The notes beneath the pieces are model-generated. The model was not told where the DNA came from, searched no databases, and saw only the letters and a list, made by a program, of their open reading frames with translations. From the IMG/VR virus record IMGVR_UViG_3300048834_000930, positions 1 through 56,648 of that record: DNA of 56,648 bases; one strand, 5' to 3'. Position 1 is the stretch's first letter. The number at the start of each line of letters is the position of its first letter. This DNA comes from a virus (lineage: Duplodnaviria; Caudoviricetes). Below, one piece after another: positions 8,435-18,192 of this stretch. Both the position numbers and the translations under genes were made by a program.

Positions 8435-9473
8435 AGTGCCAACGCTTGCCACATTGGTCGCCGAGGGCGAGGCTGCGGTCATCGCCGAGACTGACGTCAA
8501 CGAAGTCACGCGCGATCGGTCTGCCGAGAGCATGATCGTTAAGGCCGTCGCCGAAGCGGCGTTTGGTCTGCATTCCGTCGCTGCGCTTGAGACGAGCCGA
8601 TTCCTGTCGCAGCACAATGCACGCCCATGGGCCAGCTTCTACGGCGTGACGCCGAAGGTCGGCGGAAAAGCGCAAGGCTCCATCACGATCACCGGCACGG
8701 ATGGTGCCGTGTTGGCAATCGGGAAAACGTTCTCGTACGCCGTGACGGGGCTCATCTACGAGGTGATGGCGTCGGCGACGATCGTTTCCGGTACCGCGAC
8801 AACAACGGTGCAAGCGCTTGAGAGCGGCAGCGCGGGGAATATCGTTGCCGGTCAAGAGCTCGACTTGCAGGAGTCGACGGCGGGAATCGATCCGACGGCG
8901 ATAATCGATGTCGGTGGCCTGATCGATGGCTCCGAGCCAGAGACGAATGAAGAGCTTTGGGAGCGAATCTTGCTGAAAGTGCAGAGCCCCGGCGAAGCAT
9001 CGACGCCCAAGAACCTCGAACGATGGGCGCGTGAGATCGAAGGCGTGACGCGTGCGAAGTGCATCTCTGGATACTATGGCCCCGGCCACACCTTACTCTT
9101 ACTCGTCAACGACGGCATCACCGGCCTCGTTCCGTCGCCGACGGTGGTGGCCGATGTCTACGATGCAATTTGGCCAAAACTCGATGAGCCGCGCGGTGTG
9201 CTCGTCGTGTCAGCGTCCAACGTCCAGACGGTCAACGTGACCTATGCGAATCTTGGTAGCGTCAACGACGACGAGAAGGCGGCGATCCTCAAACAGCTCA
9301 AGGATTTGTTTCGCCGGCGAGCGGGGTGGGGCGAGTCTTTGTCGCCCGTCGACATCGATGATGCTGCCGCGGCCGTTGTTTCGCGCCTTCGTTTTTCACT
9401 CACGTCGCCGCTCACAGTGCAAACGGCGAACTCAACCGAGGTCCTTGAACTTGGAACGGTGACTTGGACATGA
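8427..9473 (+). CDS. baseplate J / Mu gp47 wedge protein
   Basis: ALESGSAGN...GSEPETNEEL.ERIL...WAREIEGVTRA...GPGH. Confidence 0.9.
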   Translation: MLEVPTLATLVAEGEAAVIAETDVNEVTRDRSAESMIVKAVAEAAFGLHSVAALETSRFLSQHNARPWASFYGVTPKVGGKAQGSITITGTDGAVLAIGKTFSYAVTGLIYEVMASATIVSGTATTTVQALESGSAGNIVAGQELDLQESTAGIDPTAIIDVGGLIDGSEPETNEELWERILLKVQSPGEASTPKNLERWAREIEGVTRAKCISGYYGPGHTLLLLVNDGITGLVPSPTVVADVYDAIWPKLDEPRGVLVVSASNVQTVNVTYANLGSVNDDEKAAILKQLKDLFRRRAGWGESLSPVDIDDAAAAVVSRLRFSLTSPLTVQTANSTEVLELGTVTWT

Positions 9474-10000
9474 GCGCTCACGACGACATTCTCGAACGCA
9501 TTCAAGATGCGATGCCGGCTGCGTTCTCACGACATCCCGACGCGAACATCACGAAGTTTCTCAAGGGTGCGAGCCATGCTCTGGGTTCGTATCACGAGCA
9601 GTCGCAAGTCGCCTTTGCGCGCGAATTCATTCCGAACAAATCGGTCGACATGATCGAAGAGTGGGAGGTGATTGCCGCTCCGTACGAAGTTGCGAATCGG
9701 CCAGACACGCTCTCCGAACGTCAAGACGCATTGCACGCCAAATTCAACGACGCGGGCGACGTCAAGAATGAAGGGTATCGGCTCTTCGCCGTCGACTTCG
9801 GCTATACGGACGCAGCAATCACGAACTACCACGTCGCACTTTGCACCGACGAATGCACGGTCGAGCTCTACGGGCCCAAATGGCTCTTTGCGATAAGGTT
9901 CGATGCGGCCTCGATTAGCACCGAGCGCGACGCCGTCATGTGCTCTTTGCTCGAAGGTCGGACGCGGCACGGGTGCTACGTGCATTGCAACTTTGCCTGA
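9470..10000 (+). CDS. Mu gp48/YmfQ-like baseplate wedge protein
   Basis: EFIPNKS.DMIEEWE...LSERQDALHAKF...FGY; follows baseplate J. Confidence 0.8.
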   Translation: MSAHDDILERIQDAMPAAFSRHPDANITKFLKGASHALGSYHEQSQVAFAREFIPNKSVDMIEEWEVIAAPYEVANRPDTLSERQDALHAKFNDAGDVKNEGYRLFAVDFGYTDAAITNYHVALCTDECTVELYGPKWLFAIRFDAASISTERDAVMCSLLEGRTRHGCYVHCNFA

Positions 10001-10042
10001 CCTTGATTTCGAGAGCGCGAGCAACTGGCGCAAGCTGTCATC

Positions 10043-10360
10043 ATGCAGCGAATCGTTCGTTCACTGGCGCTCTACAACTTCCTTTTCATTGGCGCGATCC
10101 TTCTGAGTTCGGCGGCCGCGGGATGCTCTTCACTGAATGTTCGTAGAGTCCTCAAAGATGTCGACTCTGGACTCGATGTTGCCGACAAAATCGTCGAAGT
10201 GACGAAGGAGCAAGTCGAGGACTTCTGCTCGATCAACCCGAGTTCGAAGCTTTGCGCTCCTACCGTCCAAGCCGAGCTCGCGCCGAAGCTTGAGGCAGGC
10301 CCCGTCGCCGCCGGCGAAATCGAAGCGATCATCAATCAGGAGTCCGCAGTCGCGGAATGA
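10043..10360 (+). CDS. lipoprotein
   Basis: Hydrophobic signal and lipobox AAAG-C. Confidence 0.7.
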   Translation: MQRIVRSLALYNFLFIGAILLSSAAAGCSSLNVRRVLKDVDSGLDVADKIVEVTKEQVEDFCSINPSSKLCAPTVQAELAPKLEAGPVAAGEIEAIINQESAVAE

Positions 10361-10363
10361 ACT

Positions 10364-11560
10364 ATGGCCGGCGTACTTTCAAACGACGACGTCGCAGCCT
10401 ATCGGTGGGTCCTGAACAAATACGGGTCGGGCCGACACGGGATGACTGAGGGTGACCCCGTGGCGATCCCACCCGTCTTGCCTTCGTTCTTTCATCCCGA
10501 TTTGCAGGATGAAGACTACCAGGAGATGTTGAATCTCATCGTCGCCCTTGGTGGTACGCCAAGTCGAGAAACGCTGAATCAGGCGGCGACACTTTTGATG
10601 GCGCAATTCGACGATGTTCGCAAGCGAGCGAGATTCGCCGATTGGAATTACGCCTACGTCAGCCCGCTCGCGGGTGGTGCACCTGTCGATCTTTGTGCGA
10701 CGCGTGGGCAAGCATTTGCGCTGATGACAACGAAGTTGATTCGCGTCAACCGTGGGGGCACGATCACCGACACTGGCTACACGGCTGCGTCTCCGCAGTG
10801 GGGTGGCGCGGCGCGAGATGGCTGCATGTATCAAATCTATGCCACGGCTTCCAACGATAGCGTCGCCGGCACAGACAAATTTGATACGATTTCACCGGGA
10901 TCCTCGTTTCATACTACCTCAAATTTCGCGACCAATGACGATTTGACGCGGGTTTACTACGTCCAGACGCCACTCGGCGGAATTGGGACGATGAAGTATC
11001 ATTCGGGCGACCTTGCCGACATTGATACAGGCGAATTAACGCTTGGCGCAAGCGGAGACATCGGGAGCAGCATCCCGGTCAAGGCTTTTGCGACGAACGG
11101 CCGCGTCGTTGCAAGCAAGGATACCGCGACGATGTGGCGAGCAGACGACGGCTCGGGTTCGTGGACGACAAACGCACATTCAACGATCGCCGCCTACTCT
11201 GACTATTGCGCATCGATCAAAACGGCATCTGGCGCCGTGCTTTGCCGGGCAAGTGCGAGTGGATTCGCATATTCGTCCGATTGGGGCGCCACCTGGTCAA
11301 CGGTCTCGTTGCCCGCTGGATTCACCATTTCGGACCTCAAGAGCGATGGCATTGACTTCTATGCCGCGGGTACCGACTCGGGAAAATCGATCGTCTACGT
11401 GAGCCGAGATGGCGCAACGTGGTCATCGAGACCATTGCCAGTTTGGATCGGCACATCACCCAAGATTGCATGCGAAATCTTCGATCCGACCGGCATTCGA
11501 GCGGTTCGGCTTTGGGCAATCGGTTCGGCCAATCTCGTTGCGGTAGGGCGATCATCCTAG
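10364..11560 (+). CDS. tail fibre / receptor-binding protein with BNR-like propeller repeats
   Basis: N-terminal QEMLNLIVALGGTP....NQ baseplate-anchor pattern; YSSDWGATW and VSRDGATW Asp-box repeats. Confidence 0.75.
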   Translation: MAGVLSNDDVAAYRWVLNKYGSGRHGMTEGDPVAIPPVLPSFFHPDLQDEDYQEMLNLIVALGGTPSRETLNQAATLLMAQFDDVRKRARFADWNYAYVSPLAGGAPVDLCATRGQAFALMTTKLIRVNRGGTITDTGYTAASPQWGGAARDGCMYQIYATASNDSVAGTDKFDTISPGSSFHTTSNFATNDDLTRVYYVQTPLGGIGTMKYHSGDLADIDTGELTLGASGDIGSSIPVKAFATNGRVVASKDTATMWRADDGSGSWTTNAHSTIAAYSDYCASIKTASGAVLCRASASGFAYSSDWGATWSTVSLPAGFTISDLKSDGIDFYAAGTDSGKSIVYVSRDGATWSSRPLPVWIGTSPKIACEIFDPTGIRAVRLWAIGSANLVAVGRSS

Positions 11561-11574
11561 GGGGGAAAATCAGA

Positions 11575-11913
11575 ATGAACGACACGTTGACGACAATCTT
11601 CGAACTCTCGTCTTCCGCCATCGGTTCCGAATGGTCGAGCGCTGGAGCAATCATCGCTTTCATGATTTGGCTCGTGAAGCGAGTCATGCGGCAAGCGCAA
11701 AAAGACGTGGGCCAGCTCCATCAGCGATTCAACAACCTCGATGCCCGAAATAACACGATCGAATCACAGCTCTCGGAGTTGCGTTCGCTGCGAGAGCGCG
11801 ACATTGGACGAATGCGGGACGTCGAGAAAATGCAGATCGAGACGATGGATCGCGTGACTGAAATCTGCGAACGCGTGGAGAGCTGTCCAAATCTCGCAAA
11901 CGGCCGGGCCTAG
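11575..11913 (+). CDS. single-TM plus coiled-coil protein (holin/spanin-like)
   Basis: AGAIIAFMIWLV TM segment followed by heptad-rich helix. Confidence 0.6.
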   Translation: MNDTLTTIFELSSSAIGSEWSSAGAIIAFMIWLVKRVMRQAQKDVGQLHQRFNNLDARNNTIESQLSELRSLRERDIGRMRDVEKMQIETMDRVTEICERVESCPNLANGRA

Positions 11914-14900
11914 GCCACGATCGAAAAGCTCTCGCTGTTCGTCGTTCCTGGCTTTCCTGACGTCGTTCGATAGTCCCAACGCACGGAGACGGTGCCGGCC
12001 TTCGTGCCCGGCGGAAAGTCTTCAGTCTCCCATTCGTACGTCGCAACTCCGGTCGCGACGTCGAAGGTTGTTGCGTTGCGAATCTGCTCGACGCCGCTCT
12101 TCGGCAGTTTGAAAAGCAGTCGAACCGTCGTGTTGTCAATGTCGGCCGGAAGGTCGGACAACGTGCAGATAAGCGGCTTTGCAGTGTCTCCGATGCGTGG
12201 CTGATACGCGGGTGGGATGGTCATTGTTGCGGTCCTCGAATCGATCGAGAAGGTCGATGTTCGCGATGTGATTTCAAACTTCGCACTCGTTGACGTGATT
12301 GCAAAACTCGGGAACGAGCCGGGTGCGGGTGTGTTGGGATTGGCCGCCGGGCTTATCGCTGTCGCCGTGAATGCGCGGGCACGCGGTGAATTGCTTTCAG
12401 GGTAAACCTGCGCGCCGCTGTCGATCGATGCTTCGTTCGCTATGCTCGCGGGAAGTGTTGGCTCAGGCGTGATGTCGACGGTGCCGGTTCCCGTGGCACT
12501 CGCTGCATTCGCCACCGTGGCGGGGGCTGAGCTCGCCGGCGTGATATCTGCCGTGCCAGTCGCGTTGGCCGTCGATGCATTGGCTAGGGCCGCAGGTGCG
12601 GAGCTTGAGGGGGTAAGCTCGCTGCTTCCCGTTGACGTTGCTGTGGTCGCGCTTGCAATCGCACCGGCCGTGTTCGCAGAGGGGCTTGCCGATGCATTGC
12701 CGGACGCAGCGGCCGTCGTCGTGTGAGCGAGCGATGACGCCTCTGTGCCCGATGGGGTTACACTCGAGTTTCCCGTAGCGATGAGTGTGGCGGGGTTTGC
12801 AATTGCGCCGGCCGGCGGACTCTCGGGCGTGACTTCATTACCCTCCCCGGTTGCTGTTGCAGAGTTTGCCGAGGCCGCAGGAGCGCAACCCTCCGGCGTG
12901 ACGGCTGCGTCTCCGTAGGCCGTTGCCGTTGAGGTGTTGGCGATTGCCGCTGAATTGCAGCTCTCGGGCGTGGCAGCCGCATTGCCGGTCGCGTTCGCGG
13001 TGCTGGCGTTGCTGGTCGCGGCAGGATCGGGGCTCGACGGTGTCGCGCTAGCGTCTCCCGTAGCCGTCGAGGTTGATGAATTGGCGATCGACGCAGGACT
13101 GTTGCTCGCGGGTGTGGCGTTTGCGTCTCCGGTAGCCGTCGCGGTCGATGAGTTGGCGATCGATGAGGCCGCAGGACTCTGCGGCTCAGCGGTCGCAGTT
13201 CCGCTTGCCGTCGCCGTCGAAGCAATAGCAATGCTCGCCGCTTCGTTGCTCGCGGGTTCGATTGTTGCCGATCCTGTCGCGCTGGCGGTCGCATCGTTGG
13301 CGATTGCACTGGCCGGAGTGCTCGAGGGCGAGGCGTCGGCGCTGCCGGTACCGACCGCCGTCGCTGAATTGGCAATGGATTGCGGAGAGGTTGCCGCCGG
13401 CGAGGCCGATGCGTCGCCGCTCGCACTTGCCGTCGTGGAGTTGGCGACACTGGCCGCGACGGTTGAGTCGGGCGTGACCGTTTGGTCGGACGCGGCTGCG
13501 GGCAACTTGAGCGCAAGGTAGGCAATCTCAGCAGTGCCCGCGCGCGGCGTGTCCCAAGTGATCGTCGGTGTTCCCGTGAGGCTGAGCGATCCGACATCGA
13601 TGACGCTCCCGCTCGAATCGTAATGGCCGATTGCTCGCGACGTGTCGCTTGCTTGCGTGCCTTCGGTCAGCGACCCGATGAGGTCCGCCCACGTGCGAGC
13701 GTGCGACTGACCGCTTGCATCGGCAACGCCGACGGCCATATTTACGTGGCCAACGATGACGTCTTTAACATCGCCACCGGTGACGACGATCATGAGATCT
13801 GGATCGTCAATCGACCCGATAGACGTCGTCGATGCGCTCGCCGCCTTTGTGACCGTCCCGATGTCAATCTCTGCGCCGTCAAGAAAGAGTGCGAAGTGAG
13901 TAAACGAGTCGCTATCACTACCACTCCATGAGATATCCGAGTATCCTAGCGACGTTGCGCTTGCTGACCAGGTTTCAGCATTGTTATAAATCTGCTCAGA
14001 AAACGCATCGGTTGCGAGTTTTGAGTGAACGTGCGAGCTGCTGCCATCTGGAGAAAATGCTGACCACCCGACGCACCACTGCTTGAGATCGTCGGATATG
14101 TCTTTAGCGATTGCCCCAAACGCGAACATGGGGCCGTCTGTCGACAGAGTAAACGTGTTCGCCGTTGTTGAAACAAGGACGAGGTCTGGAGTAAATTTAG
14201 CTGCGCCAAACGGAAGCGACCCCGAACTTACAGCCGTGGCGTAGTTCCACCATAACATCGTTCGGCCGCCAAAGGCGATCCAGTGGATGATCCTCGACTC
14301 CGTGTCGGTCGTGGTGAAATTTATCGAGAATCCGTCGGATGTTGCAGTTACGGTGCCTAACCGAGATGTGTTGTTGTAGATGTACCCGTAGTTGGATCCG
14401 GCAGCGCGCCGCCCCTTTGTTGCATACGATGCGGCGTCCGCCCGGCCAGCTCCATGATAGCGCCCTGAAGTGGATGCCGAGAAACCGACCCCTTGGCCTG
14501 AAACCTGCGAAGTTCCAGTTCCTGCGGATGTCCACAAGTAGATCGCTTTAGGGGTGAATGACAGCCCGGTGACTACCGATGTGGATCCGGTTGTAGTTGG
14601 CGCGTTAAATGTTCCAGACGCGCAATGGATATCCGGCTGCGAAACCGCGAGCTTACGACTCGGTAAAAATGCATCGCCATTAGCCACGCAGAGATAAAGC
14701 GAGTCCGATTCGTCAAGCGAACCAAACTCAATATCGAACGTGATCGATGTGTCGCTCCACGATGTAACGGTCTGAACAACGGATGTGCCTACGCCGTTTT
14801 GATACGAAGTGCTAAGGATCAGATCATAGGCTTGCGTTGCACCAAATCCAGCGCCAGTAGCAACGACGCTCACCGAGTCTGGACGGGCGAGGTCATTGCA

Positions 14901-14936
14901 GTTGATTGCCGGATCTTTAATGTTGGTGAAGTACAT
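11910..14936 (-). CDS. 1008-aa fibre/appendage-like protein with Ala/Ser/Thr repeats and C-terminal BppU-N-like domain
   Basis: Beta-rich N-terminal half, about 15 imperfect 24-aa repeats, C-terminus IGDTAKPL...GVATYEWETED...G. Confidence 0.75.
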   Translation of the reverse strand: MYFTNIKDPAINCNDLARPDSVSVVATGAGFGATQAYDLILSTSYQNGVGTSVVQTVTSWSDTSITFDIEFGSLDESDSLYLCVANGDAFLPSRKLAVSQPDIHCASGTFNAPTTTGSTSVVTGLSFTPKAIYLWTSAGTGTSQVSGQGVGFSASTSGRYHGAGRADAASYATKGRRAAGSNYGYIYNNTSRLGTVTATSDGFSINFTTTDTESRIIHWIAFGGRTMLWWNYATAVSSGSLPFGAAKFTPDLVLVSTTANTFTLSTDGPMFAFGAIAKDISDDLKQWCVGWSAFSPDGSSSHVHSKLATDAFSEQIYNNAETWSASATSLGYSDISWSGSDSDSFTHFALFLDGAEIDIGTVTKAASASTTSIGSIDDPDLMIVVTGGDVKDVIVGHVNMAVGVADASGQSHARTWADLIGSLTEGTQASDTSRAIGHYDSSGSVIDVGSLSLTGTPTITWDTPRAGTAEIAYLALKLPAAASDQTVTPDSTVAASVANSTTASASGDASASPAATSPQSIANSATAVGTGSADASPSSTPASAIANDATASATGSATIEPASNEAASIAIASTATASGTATAEPQSPAASSIANSSTATATGDANATPASNSPASIANSSTSTATGDASATPSSPDPAATSNASTANATGNAAATPESCNSAAIANTSTATAYGDAAVTPEGCAPAASANSATATGEGNEVTPESPPAGAIANPATLIATGNSSVTPSGTEASSLAHTTTAAASGNASASPSANTAGAIASATTATSTGSSELTPSSSAPAALANASTANATGTADITPASSAPATVANAASATGTGTVDITPEPTLPASIANEASIDSGAQVYPESNSPRARAFTATAISPAANPNTPAPGSFPSFAITSTSAKFEITSRTSTFSIDSRTATMTIPPAYQPRIGDTAKPLICTLSDLPADIDNTTVRLLFKLPKSGVEQIRNATTFDVATGVATYEWETEDFPPGTKAGTVSVRWDYRTTSGKPGTTNSESFSIVA
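12350..13480 (-). repeat. about 15-16 imperfect 72-bp (24-aa) coding repeats
   Basis: Units such as TPDSTVAASVANSTTASASGDASA and SPAATSPQSIANSATAVGTGSADA; boundaries approximate. Confidence 0.85.
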
Positions 14937-15374
14937 CTAGACCCCAAGCGGCGGAAGTCGTTTGAGTCGCTCAATCTGGGTTGCGAGGGCCGTCTCCCAT
15001 GAAACTGTGCCATCGATTGCCGCCTGCGCAGCATCGCAAAGCTCGTTGGCCAAGTTTTCGAGGAGTCCCAGACCGAAAAGCACGGGGTCGCCGGCGCGCT
15101 GAGCCAATACTTCAGCATGGAGCTCGTCGTAAGCTGCAATGACGCCAGACGTGGACTCCCGCAGCTCAACTTCACCCATCGCTGAGTAATGAGCGATCAG
15201 TGCGCTGAATCTCTGGGGCCGATCTTCGGATATGCCGCCTGCCTGAATCTCCGACATGACGAAGTAAACGGTTACCAATCCAAGAACCCGCACCCGGAGC
15301 TCTGAAACATCCATCGTTGACCAGGTATCGCGGAGCAACGCGAGATGCTCCTCACGTTGGCTTGCGGTGCTCAT
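14937..15374 (-). CDS. hypothetical helical protein
   Basis: Coupled to both neighbours (ATGA overlap upstream; stop abuts next ATG). Confidence 0.65.
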   Translation of the reverse strand: MSTASQREEHLALLRDTWSTMDVSELRVRVLGLVTVYFVMSEIQAGGISEDRPQRFSALIAHYSAMGEVELRESTSGVIAAYDELHAEVLAQRAGDPVLFGLGLLENLANELCDAAQAAIDGTVSWETALATQIERLKRLPPLGV

Positions 15375-15766
15375 GGTTGATTGAGGATGAACCATCCCGC
15401 GGCAGGACAGTTGACGTTTACGCCGCTGCCGTTCGGTGTGAACGCGCAGACGTTGCGTGAGAGCAGGACCGAGGTCGAAGGCGTGCCAGTGTCATGGTAG
15501 ATGTAGACCACCTCAACGGTTGCACCGGTCACGCCGGCGATGTTGGTCGTCGAGCACTTGAACGCGCCATCCGTGACCGTCTTGCCGGCGAGATTGCCCG
15601 ACGTCGCAATGATCGCGCCGCCGGTAATGTCCGAGAGGTAGACGTCGCCATTGTCTTCCGGATGCACGGCTTCATCCACGAGAATCATCTTGATGTCGGC
15701 AGTGAGCAGGTTGAGCGCGCCAGCGACCGCCTCCATCCCTTTCGGGAATACGTAGTTCGTTGCCAT
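15371..15766 (-). CDS. phage virion-associated protein (minor fibre/whisker-like)
   Basis: IKMILVD...YLSDI...LAGKTV.DG.F...YHDTGTPSTS.L...TPNG pattern typical of phage structural accessory proteins. Confidence 0.7.
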   Translation of the reverse strand: MATNYVFPKGMEAVAGALNLLTADIKMILVDEAVHPEDNGDVYLSDITGGAIIATSGNLAGKTVTDGAFKCSTTNIAGVTGATVEVVYIYHDTGTPSTSVLLSRNVCAFTPNGSGVNVNCPAAGWFILNQP

Positions 15767-16402
15767 TGCGTCGAATCTAGAGCGATTGCGAGGACTCGCT
15801 AAATCAAGGCTCGGCAAATCACCTACAGTTCAAACGCGGGATCACGCCGACTAGGACGCGTCAAGACATCCAGCATAACAGCGCATAACAAGCTGCCCCA
15901 AATAGACTAATAAACGTAGGTCTGCGCAGTTTTTCTGGTGCAAATCCTTCTATTCCCGGGCGAAATCGTGCGTCGCAATTTCCGTGCGGACCGGAGAACC
16001 AAACTGAAAGCTTCGATTGCCGAGGGAAATCGCCCTGAATTCCGTTAGTTCAGGTTTTTGTCGAATCGATCGGTGGCCGCGAATTTCGTGGCGCGTCCTA
16101 AGCTGGTTGCCAGTCGCGGCGCTGGGGGTTGATCGCAACGAGAGCGACCCCGTTGCCGACTGGCCTTCTGCGGATATGCTCGGAAATATGTGTGATTCAC
16201 CATCAGATATTTGCAAATGCGCGGAGCGCCTGCTCCAAGTGCTCGATCTTGAGAAACTGATGCTGCTGACTGGCTCCGATGGCGTGGGTCGCGCATCAAA
16301 CGGGCAATGGATCGCCAGAGTTGGGGAACGAGTCACGCGCGCGGACAGCCTCGAGCTCGCCCTCGTCCAGCATTTGCTCGCAGAAAATCCGAAGGTCACT
16401 TC

Positions 16403-16423
16403 TACCGTCAACCTCCCGTCAAC
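16403..16423. repeat. integrase arm-type sites, left arm
   Basis: TACCGTCAAC (16403-16412) and TCCCGTCAAC (16414-16423). Confidence 0.7.
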
Positions 16424-16491
16424 AAAAAAGCGTGTTCTAGAATTTGGCCGATTAGTCCGCAAGAAGTCTCGAGGATTGATCATGTAGATTA

Positions 16492-16538
16492 GCCTCCGAA
16501 GCCGAAGGTCACAAGTTCGAACCTTGTCGCGCGCACCA
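16492..16538 (+). mobile_element. attP common core, 3' part of tRNA-Arg(CCG)
   Basis: GCCTCCGAAGCCGAAGGTCACAAGTTCGAACCTTGTCGCGCGCACCA: anticodon loop CTCCGAA, T-arm, acceptor 3' strand, CCA; 5' half absent; 150 bp from the integrase. Confidence 0.9.
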
Positions 16539-16592
16539 CTGAAAACACTGTTCTGCCGAAGAATGGACCCTAAAACGACCAAAAGAAGTTCT

Positions 16593-16679
16593 GGCGAATA
16601 GAAGGCGAATAGCAGGCATTTACACCCAAATCGCACTAGGTTACCGTCAACTTACCGTCAACTTCCAGGATGACGGTGA
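16593..16679. repeat. right att arm: accessory-factor repeats and arm-type sites
   Basis: GGCGAATAG x2 (16593, 16604); TTACCGTCAAC x2 (16641, 16652); inverted ATGACGGTGA (16670-16679). Confidence 0.7.
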
Positions 16680-16688
16680 GGTTTCACG

Positions 16689-17909
16689 GTGCCGAAACTT
16701 GTCAAAAAAGTCATCGAGCAGGCCGAGCCTCGAGCCCGGCCGTACGAGATCATGGATGACGAATTGCGGGGCTTCGGGGTCCGCATTCAGCCGTCATGCG
16801 CTCGCACGCCGAAGGGCACGCGTGTGTTTTTCGTGCGCGTGTACCCGCGAGGAACCGATCGAGAGAAGAAGGTTACGCTCGGCGTCTATGGCGTGATCAC
16901 TATCGACGCCGCCCGCGACAAGGCAATTCAGATCCTTGCTACTGCGCACGAGGGTGGTGACGTTCGACCGGCGCCGTTACCAAGCGTGATGACGGTGGCG
17001 GAATTGGCGAGAATCTATCTCGATCAGCACCTTGCAGTGCACGGAACGAGATCGACGCAGGTGGCGGCCAAGTCACTTTTCAATCGACACCTCATTCCGC
17101 GCTATGGCGAGTATGACGTCGAGAAAATCGATTTCGCGGCGGTGGCCAAACACCATTCGGAGCTTGGCGCGACGAATCCAGAGGTGGCCAATCGGATGGT
17201 CACGATGCTCGCCGCGGTTCTTGCGTGGGGCACCTCGCACGGTCATCGGCGGTCGGCGACGACGCCATGCAAGTGGGACAAGCGCGGGCGAGTCGGAGTC
17301 CGCAAATTTCAGGAGAAGCCACGCGAACGATTCCTGACCGAGGAGCAGGTGCAAAAGCTTGAGATGGCCTTGCGAAACGCGGAGAGCATCGACGGCAAGC
17401 GCAAGGGAGCGGTAAAGATCGATACCTGTGAACTGATCCGCCTCTTTCTCTATACCGGCGCGAGGTTCGGCGAGCTCCACAAGATCACTTGGTCGTTCGT
17501 GGACTTGGAGAATCGAAGGTTGCGTCTCTATCAAACGAAAGAAAAGAAACCAAAGTTCATTCCGCTCAGTGATGGCGCATTCGAGATTTTGGAACGACAC
17601 AAGAATCGAAGGAAGAACGAGCCAAGCGATCGCGTGTTCGACTGCTACAACCCACAACGATCGTGGTCAAAAATCATTCGACCCGCCGCCGGTCTTGATG
17701 CGACCGAGGACGAGCAGGCTTTCACCATTCACGGCTTTCGACACAATCTCGCGTCAATGGGCTTGAACGACGGGCTCTCGCTCCGGACGATCGGTCAATT
17801 GTTGGGTCATTCAAGCGAGAAGACAACCGCTCGCTATGCCCACTTTGCGGACCAGACTTTGACCGACGCCATGCAGCGCATCGGCGACAAGATTAAGCGA
17901 AAGAGCTAG
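16689..17909 (+). CDS. int: tyrosine integrase with arm-binding domain
   Basis: N-terminal DDELRGFGVRI...VTLGVYG; catalytic TGARFGE, HGFRHNLAS, LLGHSS..TT.RY. Confidence 0.95.
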   Translation: MPKLVKKVIEQAEPRARPYEIMDDELRGFGVRIQPSCARTPKGTRVFFVRVYPRGTDREKKVTLGVYGVITIDAARDKAIQILATAHEGGDVRPAPLPSVMTVAELARIYLDQHLAVHGTRSTQVAAKSLFNRHLIPRYGEYDVEKIDFAAVAKHHSELGATNPEVANRMVTMLAAVLAWGTSHGHRRSATTPCKWDKRGRVGVRKFQEKPRERFLTEEQVQKLEMALRNAESIDGKRKGAVKIDTCELIRLFLYTGARFGELHKITWSFVDLENRRLRLYQTKEKKPKFIPLSDGAFEILERHKNRRKNEPSDRVFDCYNPQRSWSKIIRPAAGLDATEDEQAFTIHGFRHNLASMGLNDGLSLRTIGQLLGHSSEKTTARYAHFADQTLTDAMQRIGDKIKRKS

Positions 17910-18136
17910 GCCGCGTCACTGAGCTCGTCCGGCTCGATGCTGGCGACCGTGAGAAGCTCTGCGATCGCGGCCATCACTTCGTTTGTGCAGTGCACGATCA
18001 TCGATCGCGCGATGGCGCCGTCGTGATTGGCGAGTGTCTCCGCGTGCAGGTTGGCCGCCCATTGGACGACGCGCATGGAGAGGCAGGGGAGGACTGGGTT
18101 GAGGACCATAGGCCGTGCTCGACCAGCGGCCGACAT
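17906..18136 (-). CDS. small hypothetical protein
   Basis: Convergent ORF overlapping the integrase stop. Confidence 0.35.
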   Translation of the reverse strand: MSAAGRARPMVLNPVLPCLSMRVVQWAANLHAETLANHDGAIARSMIVHCTNEVMAAIAELLTVASIEPDELSDAA

Positions 18137-18192
18137 GTGTTGCGTAAGCTAGGCGAAGGCAGCGAGATTTTATTTGCGTTCAATTGTTACGG

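Noticed and set aside
10684-10694. Self-target of the mini-array spacer (TGTCGATCTTT)
   Set aside because: Only 11 nt match, compatible with chance; a full search was not possible by eye
11910-15766. Mu G-type invertible fibre segment or diversity-generating retroelement
   Set aside because: No serine invertase or reverse transcriptase, and no flanking inverted repeats or TR/VR pair seen; the module has its own promoter
16389-16399. Second att core (CCGAAGGTCAC duplicate)
   Set aside because: Only 11 bp, with no other tRNA sequence around it
16492-16538. Functional tRNA-Arg gene
   Set aside because: The 5' acceptor strand and D-arm are absent and the anticodon stem is mismatched; it is an att core
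15950-16636. 228-aa minus-strand ORF and 156-aa plus-strand ORF across attP
   Set aside because: They overlap the att core or arm sites and have no recognisable motifs; a short gene from about 16188 cannot be excluded
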